From Azolla caroliniana (taxonomy: Eukaryota > Plantae > Polypodiophyta), in assembly GCA_043228905.1 (NCBI GenBank), contig JBHGNT010000004.1, positions 6,758,001 to 6,822,000 on the forward strand: 64,000 bases of DNA, written 5' to 3'. The notes beneath the pieces are model-generated. The model did not search any database. It was not told the origin of the DNA and was given only the letters and a program-made list of their open reading frames with translations. Below, in pieces: positions 51,618-64,000 of the stretch; positions within the stretch are counted from its first letter, which is position 1; every line of letters starts with the position of its first letter. The position numbers and the translations under genes were made by a program.

Positions 51618-53690
51618 TCAAAGCATTGAATTCCATGCACCTTTCTTGACTCTTAGAGCTTCTACCTCTTCGGCCTCTTCTTGCATGCCGGCGCTCACAT
51701 AAATATTACTCATACAAACATAGGCTGCCGCATCCTTTTCATCCAACTGTATAGCATTTTCAAAGGCTAACCTTCCAATCTTTAGATTTAGGCCCTTTTG
51801 ACAAGCACCTAATATAATGTGCCATATTGTAAGGCTACCGCAATATGGCATTTCTTCAATTAACATCATTGCCTTTTCAACTTGTCCTGCTCGCCCCAGG
51901 AGATCAACCATACATGTGTGATGCCCGAAAGTGCGAATAACACCATAGCATGTGCTCATTATCTCGAAGTACATCTGACCTTTATCTAATAAGCCAGAAT
52001 GATTGCATGCATTAAGAACAAGTGTGAGTGTGACCATGTCTGGCTCCTTACCTTGTTCCATCATTCTGTGAAACATGTAAAAAACGGTTGTATCCATCCC
52101 AAGGAGAGCATAGCCAGCAATTAATGCCGTCCACGAGACCAAATCCTGCACTGACAGCTTATCAAACACACTTTGTGCTTCTTCAGACATTCCAAAATTT
52201 GCATACATGTCTATCAATGCATTTCCAATCACAGTACCTTCTTCTAGCATACCATCCTTGATAATGCTCGCGTGTACTTCTTTGCCTTTGTCGGAAGCTC
52301 CTAGGTTACCACATGCTTTCAAGATGGAAATCAAGGTTGCTTCATCGGGAGAGAAGCCATCATGTAGCATTTGATCAAAACAATTGAGTGCTTCTTCACC
52401 ATATGCATGGTTAGCATATCCAGAAATAAGCACACTCCACACGACAACATCCCGAAGTGGAAGCTCATCAAACACCTCTTGTGCTTTTGAAAGTATTCCA
52501 CTTTTTGCATACATGTCCACCAATGCAGTGCCAATCATGATATGTCCAGTGAGACGCTTTCTGATAATCTCTCCATGTATTTCTCTTCCTTTCTCAGTTG
52601 CTCCTATGTTGCCACATGCTTTCAAGCTACATGAATATGTGCCTGTATCTGGGGACACTCCCTCAGATTGCATTTGAACAAAATACTTCAATGCCACCAT
52701 GGAATGCCCATGCCGGATATAACCTGAAATGAGCACATTCCATGAGACCACATCTCGGTCTGGCAAGGTATCAAATAGTTGTTGTGCTTTTCCAAGGAGG
52801 CCACACTTAGCATACATGTCTACCAATGCATTGCCAAGTATACTACTTTTGGCCAATAATCCATCTCTAACAACCTTGGCATGGATGTCTTCTCCCTTAT
52901 CAACATCTCCAGAGGCCCCGCATGCTTTCAAGACACATGCAAATGTAACTGCATTCGGAGAGAAGCCTTTATCTTGCATCTGAGAAAAACACTTCAATGC
53001 TGCCTCGTTGTGTCCGTGGATGGCATATCCTGAAATGAGAGCTGTCCATGAGATCACATCCAACATCGGGAGTTCGTCAAATACCTCTTGTGCTTTCTCA
53101 AGGACGCCACATTTAGCATACATATCTACCAATGCATTACCGATTATATTGTTCTTTTGCAACAAACCCTCTTTGAGTATCATGGAGTGTATCTCTCGGC
53201 CCTTATCAAATGCTCCTATGTTTCCACAAGCTTTCAGTATACACACAAAAGTAATCGCACTAGGAGAAAAACCATCTCTTTGCATCTTTTCGAAAGACAC
53301 AAGAGCTTCCTCACCATATCCATGGTGGGAATATCCAGCGATTAGTGTAGACCAAGAAACGAGGGTCCGAACTTTCAACTCATCAAAGACATCGCGTGCT
53401 TTCGAAAGCTCGCCACATTTCGCATACATATTGATCAATGAGTTACCAACAAAGATGTTGTTTTGGAGAAGACCTTTTTTATGGATATCAGCATGTATTT
53501 GGATGCCTTTGTGGATATCTTTTCTGTTAGCACAATCCTTGAGTGATGCTACCAAAGTACGCCCAATAATAGTGTCATCATCCCTCTGGCTAGTATTACT
53601 GGCTCTTTCTTCTCCTCTTTGTTCTTTATAATTCACATCACTTGCTTTTCTTCCATTTATCACTCCCATCACTCTGTCTCTCCGCTGCAT
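51618..53690 (-). CDS. PLS-class pentatricopeptide repeat protein with E domain and no DYW (organellar RNA-editing factor type), 690 aa
   Basis: Repeating triplets GNALVDMYAKCG....A..VFD / VSW.ALI.GY..HG / P..TF.C.LKACG. C-terminal HTCMVDLLGRAG...W..ILGAC...AAAYVCMSNIY; ends KKGAWNSML. Confidence 0.96.
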   Translation of the reverse strand: MQRRDRVMGVINGRKASDVNYKEQRGEERASNTSQRDDDTIIGRTLVASLKDCANRKDIHKGIQIHADIHKKGLLQNNIFVGNSLINMYAKCGELSKARDVFDELKVRTLVSWSTLIAGYSHHGYGEEALVSFEKMQRDGFSPSAITFVCILKACGNIGAFDKGREIHSMILKEGLLQKNNIIGNALVDMYAKCGVLEKAQEVFDELPMLDVISWTALISGYAIHGHNEAALKCFSQMQDKGFSPNAVTFACVLKACGASGDVDKGEDIHAKVVRDGLLAKSSILGNALVDMYAKCGLLGKAQQLFDTLPDRDVVSWNVLISGYIRHGHSMVALKYFVQMQSEGVSPDTGTYSCSLKACGNIGATEKGREIHGEIIRKRLTGHIMIGTALVDMYAKSGILSKAQEVFDELPLRDVVVWSVLISGYANHAYGEEALNCFDQMLHDGFSPDEATLISILKACGNLGASDKGKEVHASIIKDGMLEEGTVIGNALIDMYANFGMSEEAQSVFDKLSVQDLVSWTALIAGYALLGMDTTVFYMFHRMMEQGKEPDMVTLTLVLNACNHSGLLDKGQMYFEIMSTCYGVIRTFGHHTCMVDLLGRAGQVEKAMMLIEEMPYCGSLTIWHIILGACQKGLNLKIGRLAFENAIQLDEKDAAAYVCMSNIYVSAGMQEEAEEVEALRVKKGAWNSML

Positions 53691-54477
53691 TCAGTCTTTT
53701 ATACAATAATTTTCTGTTCTAATTATTATTCTACAAGTTGTCTTCTATGACCTGTGTAATCATATACATAATACATATCCACCTCCAAAGCAAATGCATA
53801 CAGAGGATGTTAAACAGCGATTTCTTACTAATTAAAATTAATAAAAGCAATGAAATACAGTGATATTTAGACTTGATAGGATATTTCAACAATATAAGGA
53901 TATGGATATTTCTGCCACGACCATCAAGATCACATGTTTAACCAGGCCCATCTATGATGCATCCATGGTATACCTACAACCATCCCTGACCCAACTATGA
54001 TACATCATACATCCATAACCATACAAAATGCCACACAATTAACGGGTAATTTCGCGTGAAGTTCCAGCTTCTTGCTGAGGATGAGGATTAAATTCCATCA
54101 CATCCTTTCTCCGTGACAAGGTAAATCGATCCTTTCACGATGCAGATTTGATATGTATATATCTTTGTATTGGAGCAGAAAAGAATGTGATTGCTTCGCC
54201 GAGAATGTGTGACGCTTTCCTTTGGTTTCGATAGAGCTAAATGAGAAAGATTTAGTTTTGGAAGAGATGACCATGGCCACCACAGAGATGGAAGCTTTAT
54301 ATAACAACTCCCGCACCTCATGACCTTCATTCAGTTATTTGAAGCTTTTGATGAGATTTCCCCACTGAAGATGAAAATTTTCAGATGACCACAGAGATTG
54401 ACGCTTTATATAACTCCCTCAGCTCATGGCCCTTCATTCAGTAAGTTTCAAATCTTAGATGAGATTCCCCCACTCAA

Positions 54478-54800
54478 CATGAAAATTTTCATAAACTATA
54501 TAGCTTCTCTTGTGTCTCCCATTCAGTGATTCGAAGCGAGAGAGGGGGCAAATACACCTCAAAGACTTGGGCGATCACAATTTTTATGAAAATTTTCATA
54601 AACTATATAGCTTCTCTTGTGTCTCCCATTCAGTGATTCGAAGCGAGAGAGGGGGCAAATACACCTCAAAGACTTGGGCGATCACAATTTTTATGAAAAT
54701 TTTCATAAACTATATAGCTTCTCTTGTGTCTCCCATTCAGTGATTCGAAGCGAGAGAGGGGGCAAATACACCTCAAAGACTTGGGCGATCACATTTTTTT
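54478..54800. repeat. Three near-identical 107-bp tandem repeats, plus a looser ~110-bp duplication at ~54280-54475
   Basis: ATGAAAATTTTCATAAACTATATAGC...GGGCGATCACA x3; ORF-track starts 54510, 54617 and 54724 are spaced by 107. Confidence 0.95.
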
Positions 54801-56157
54801 AAGTGTTCGATTTTACCCAGAGTTGTGGATGGACACTTTGAGCACGACCCATGCAACTTGTTTTGTAAGCCTAGGTTACACATTGAAACCTAAGCTCATA
54901 GACTATAGTTTGACGACTCTACCATTTAAATCAAGCAAGATTTTCTTCACTCCATCTCACGAAGGGAAAAAAGGGCCTAGACCTAAAGTCTTTGCTTTGT
55001 TGTTCATCTTTCTATCTTATATGCTTTTCTCAAAGAACATCCAATGCTTGCTGCTTTAGGCTTTACCCAAGGTACACGAAATCAGGAAGAAAGCAACAAC
55101 TAGGCTCTTTGAATAGGTAACATTGCACATATCATGAGGTATCTTAAAAGTCCAAAAATTTATAAGATACTAACCGTATGTCTTCCCTTCCCCCGTAATT
55201 AGCTCAATAGTTTACCACTTCATCAACAATTGGTTCACAATTTCAATCATTTCATACGCTCCCGGCCTTGAAATAAGTCAACATCACTACTTCCTTCCTA
55301 CAATCAAAGGCCAAAGTTGACCAACATTGTTGTAGACCTCCATTATAAGCCACTATTAACACTTAGGGATCATCATGATGTACTGACCTCATTATAGACA
55401 ATAAGTGTGGTGATGTGAAAGAAACCAACTATTGCAAGGACACCTCCTACGCACAGGCATCCATGCGAGTAGGCGTTGTGATGACTCTATGGAGCACCAA
55501 GAGAGCATTCTTGCCCAATTTCATATTTGGTTTTAATTCCTCTAGTATCATTTCAAATGCCAACATTGGTCTTTGTGGTCGCAGACTGACACATGACTTC
55601 TTTTTTTTGGGGTTTATACTTAACTATAGTGGGGGCTCTCTAACCTTGTCATGCTAGATTATTGATGACTCTTTGATTGTTAATGGTCACCAAGAACAAT
55701 AGGTTTTATTCCCAAGTTCTTCTTATTCTTGTGACACTCTTAAGACTTTGTGATCCCATCCACAATGTGGACACATGGCATTTAGTTGAAACTAGGATAT
55801 TAGATATTGAACATGTTAGTCAGTTGAGGTGGCGGGTTTGTTATAAGGGGGGATTCTTACCTATTCGTAACATTGACAATTGGTTAGTTGGTTGTAATAC
55901 TATAATTGTTTGCTCACTCACTCACTCACTCACCATATAGAGGCCTTAGTAATTGCTTTAAATTTCCTTTTGGGTGGCCCCCACTACCTACTTCGATGAT
56001 GCCACATATCTCTATGGAGTGTGTACATAGTGCATATCATCATTCATGTTGGTGAAGTGGGACAACACCTATCTCTTGTTGTTGCCACACATAACAAGAT
56101 TTAATGGTTAAATTAGGGCCTACCATCCATGAGATCTTGGAGTGATATGATAGTTCT

Positions 56158-56270
56158 TAATAGTGAATCAAGAGTCTACAAATGAGGAGAGTGTATAATT
56201 ATGAAATGAGAGTTCCTAATAGAGAATCAAGAGTCTACAAATGAGGAGAGTGTATACTTATGAAACACGA
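56158..56270. repeat. ~60-bp tandem duplication
   Basis: TAATAG.GAATCAAGAGTCTACAAATGAGGAGAGTGTATA.TTATGAAA occurs twice. Confidence 0.85.
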
Positions 56271-56813
56271 GACTAATAGTGAAGAGTGGCAGTGGCGAAA
56301 CGAGAACTTAGTGTGGAGGAGCGTAGGAAGTGAAGCACGAGTTATGTTTTGCAACAAGTACCATGGTAGCCAAAGTCTTATATGGTTTGTCAACCAAATT
56401 AAAATAGTAATAGAGTGATATTCTTACCAATTTTACTCTCAATTCCAAGAAGTTGGGTGATTTGAGTGTGACTTGTGCATTTAGGCCCTTTCGACATCTT
56501 CAACTAGAATAACTCTTTCTACAAAATGTATGCCAAAGAGTTTAATACTACACAATGACACATAGGTGTCCTAGCTTTTTCTGCAACTTCGTTGAAGAAG
56601 TTTTGTTGAACACAACGTCTTTGATTTGTAGAGGAAGCTAGAGTCATATGGTGCTCATAATCATCATCTTTTGCTTGAAAATGTTTCCAATCATTGAGTA
56701 AAACCTAACCCTAATATTGATGATGATGATTATGATGATGTGCCAATATATATGTATATCTTTGCTCTTTTGGGGGTCCTTTGGCCACCCAAGCCAAGCC
56801 AACCATAACTAGG

Positions 56814-56854
<41 letters not shown>

Positions 56855-56875
56855 GAGAGAACAGAGCATTCAATG

Positions 56876-56943
<68 letters not shown>

Positions 56944-56944
56944 G

Positions 56945-58193
56945 GATGCTTGTGTGGAACCAATTTGCATTGGCTTTCGGATTACATATTAATTGGAGGA
57001 AGTATAGTCTCATATCATGTACTGAAAGGGATTTGGAATGTTTAGGATGGCAAGGATCCATGGTGAAGAAAGGCTCTATTTTTCAACACTTGGGCTATGC
57101 ATTAAGAATGAATGTTACAAATGGTCAATTGATAGAACAGATGTCTAGTAAGTTGAGGGATAAGTTCATGTATTGGAAATCACAATCTTGGCCATTTCAT
57201 GTATGTTTGAAGGTTGTACAATGTATTATGGAACCTATGATATTATATTACTTGCCATTGCTGCTATGGACAAAGAAGGCTTTGTATTCTATTTTGCAAC
57301 CTCTTCGATATTTGTGGTGGAAGAAAAGGGATAAGATGGGAATCACTTGGGTTGCATGGAATCATCTAGCAACTCCTAAGCGCTTGGGGGGAGCTAGAGT
57401 ATTGAACTTATCTAAGCATATGATGGCTCGTAGATTTTCATTATTACAAGACATGTGTTCAAACTCACAACCATGGATATCTATTGTTCAATATTTCATT
57501 GAGAACAAGGGTTTAACACATGGGAGGACAACAATTAAGGCTTCATGGTGGCAATTACTAAATGAATGTATTTCACTTAGGATTCTGGGCTCTACATGTG
57601 TTCAACACTTGGTTACCTCATGGCAAGAAGCACTCTTGTTATGTGTATGGAAACCATTATCTAGTAGAGAGCATTGTAATTCTTTGCAAAAAGAGTTACT
57701 TGTGTCTTCTCGGTTATTATGTTGGCCAGGAAAGGAGAGATTACACTCTCAATTTAATCGTTTGTTTCGTTTGGGGGTCAAAGAGGTGGGAGATATAGTT
57801 GAGGGTCCATCTCAAAGAATTTTGGAGTTTGTTGAAGCACGACAATTATTACGCATTTCGTCTAATTATGGGTTTATTTGGCAACAACTACAAAATATTC
57901 CATTGGTGCAAGGTCCCTTACCTCTACAAATAGGAGAACAATCGTGGATTGATTGGTGTTTAAAGCGTCAAACATCATTGTTACAAGTGACTACTAATCT
58001 TTTGTATCATTGCTCTATTGAGTCTCTTGGATGGTTATTAGGGGGTTATCATCTAAGGCTGAAGAAGAATGGAGATTACACAAATATGATCATGGGTGGT
58101 GGCAAATCTTACAACGTAGTTGGCATTCTAAATTGCCACTTGTAGCAAAGGTCTTCATTTGGAGAGTTTTGATTGGAGGATTGCCTTTGGGAT
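56945..58193 (+). mobile_element. Plant L1 LINE ORF2 C-terminal remnant, preceded by (CA)n/(GA)n and interrupted by a copia insertion
   Basis: FALAFGLHINWRK, VAWNHLATPKRLGG..VLNL, and W.....P...KVFIWR.L.GGLP (zf-RVT-like, after a frameshift). Confidence 0.8.
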
Positions 58194-62979
<4,786 letters not shown>

Positions 62980-63244
62980 TGTTAAACCCAGTGCTCGGCC
63001 ACAACCGAGGAATAGGATCAAATCACAGAAAAACAGGAAATACAAAAATGCACGAAGACAATAGAGAGAAGAGTACACAGGATATTTTACGTGGAAAACC
63101 CTAAGTGGGAAAAACCACGGGAGTCCTCAAACTCCAACTATCACTATAAACAGAGATGTACAATGGTGAAGCTACAAGGCAACAACCTTGAGCTCACTGT
63201 CTTCGCCACAGGTGGCGGTAATACACAGAGGCAACGACCTCTTC

Positions 63245-63275
<31 letters not shown>

Positions 63276-64000
63276 CTGCTCACTTAGCTCCCACTAAGTG
63301 GAAAACCAGAAAAATGAGTAACAACATACAGCCAGCAGCACTAAACAGTTTGCCCTAAGTCATATTTATACACATATGACTTTCGGACTATTTACAAATA
63401 TAGCTTCAAAGGGCTCTTGGAAAACATATTCACAAATACGTCCCCGCATCCGGATCTCTCTCCGGGTACATTCGTCATCCGGCTCCGTAGCCGGGTCTTC
63501 ATCATCCGGTTCCGAAACCGGGTCTTCATCATCCGGTTCCGTAACCGGGTCTTCATCATCCGGTTCCGTAACCGGGTCTTCATCATCCGGTTCCGATACC
63601 GGGTACTCCTCATTCGGGTCTTCATTCCCGATTCCCGGACATCTGACCATCCCATCAGGAGGGACCGTAATCCCAACAAACTCCCCCTTCACTTCGGCAT
63701 GGGATGTCTTTCCAGTCCGACCCTCTTCCGGCATGCTTCCAGCTTGTCGGGTGTGAGCACCTTGGTCAGCATATCCGACCCGTTCTCGTCCGTGTGGATC
63801 TTCGTCAGCACGAACTCCTTGTCTTCTATCCTTTCCCGGATCCAGTGGTATCTACGCTGGATGTGTTTCGTCCGGGAATGGTAGGCCGCGTTCTTCGCAA
63901 GGTGGATGGCACTCTGACTATCGCAGTAGAGCCGGTACTCCTCCTGCCGGATACCAAGCTCTCTAATGAAGTCCTTCATCCATATTATTTCCTTGCCGGC
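62980..64000 (-). mobile_element. 3' end of a nested copia element (Tork/Tnt1-like): RNase H, PPT, 3' LTR 63678-62980
   Basis: YCDSQSAIHLAKNAAYHSRTKHIQRRYHWIRE...DMLTKVL. PPT GAAGGGGGAG-TT, then TGTTGGG...TTTAACA. Flank CGAAG at 62975-62979. 27-bp repeats at ~63470-63630. Confidence 0.93.

Noticed and set aside
56781-58145. 454-aa ORF as a novel host gene
   Set aside because: The N-terminus is microsatellite and the remainder is L1 ORF2 C-terminal sequence.
63366-63884. EPDDEDPVT-repeat and antisense ORFs
   Set aside because: Products of the 27-bp LTR repeat; no independent evidence of coding.

Overview
Eukaryotic nuclear DNA from a land plant, most likely a fern or other plant with flagellated sperm. 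This is inferred from the cilium-associated CYB5D1 gene, GT-AG introns, a PLS-class PPR gene and abundant microsatellites. Six protein-coding genes were reconstructed by hand: a UCH-L3/UCH3-type deubiquitinase (+, 9 exons), CYB5D1 (-, 4 exons, with a 1.3-kb 30-bp satellite in intron 1), a mitochondrial-carrier-family protein with a long N-terminal extension (-, 8 exons), plastid ribosomal protein L6 (-, 3 exons), an OXS3-like protein (+, 2 exons) and a PLS-E PPR protein (-, intronless). There is also a tRNA-His-like sequence. The rest is three nests of Ty1/copia elements (1-4969, 33322-40250, 58194-64000), a 5'-truncated LINE unlike typical plant L1, L1 remnants, a hAT MITE and tandem repeats. 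The most notable signals are in the retroelements. (1) An RT-less copia with a perfect TSD has LTRs identical for 341 bp and then carrying two different U5 ends, consistent with trans-mobilisation from a heterodimeric particle. (2) All four 3'-LTR junctions have an inverted repeat enclosing the PPT and the start of U3, built from three unrelated sequences. (3) A deletion junction is patched with telomeric repeats. (4) The tRNA-His copy carries both G-1 and CCA. All alignments were done by eye; no database searches were run.
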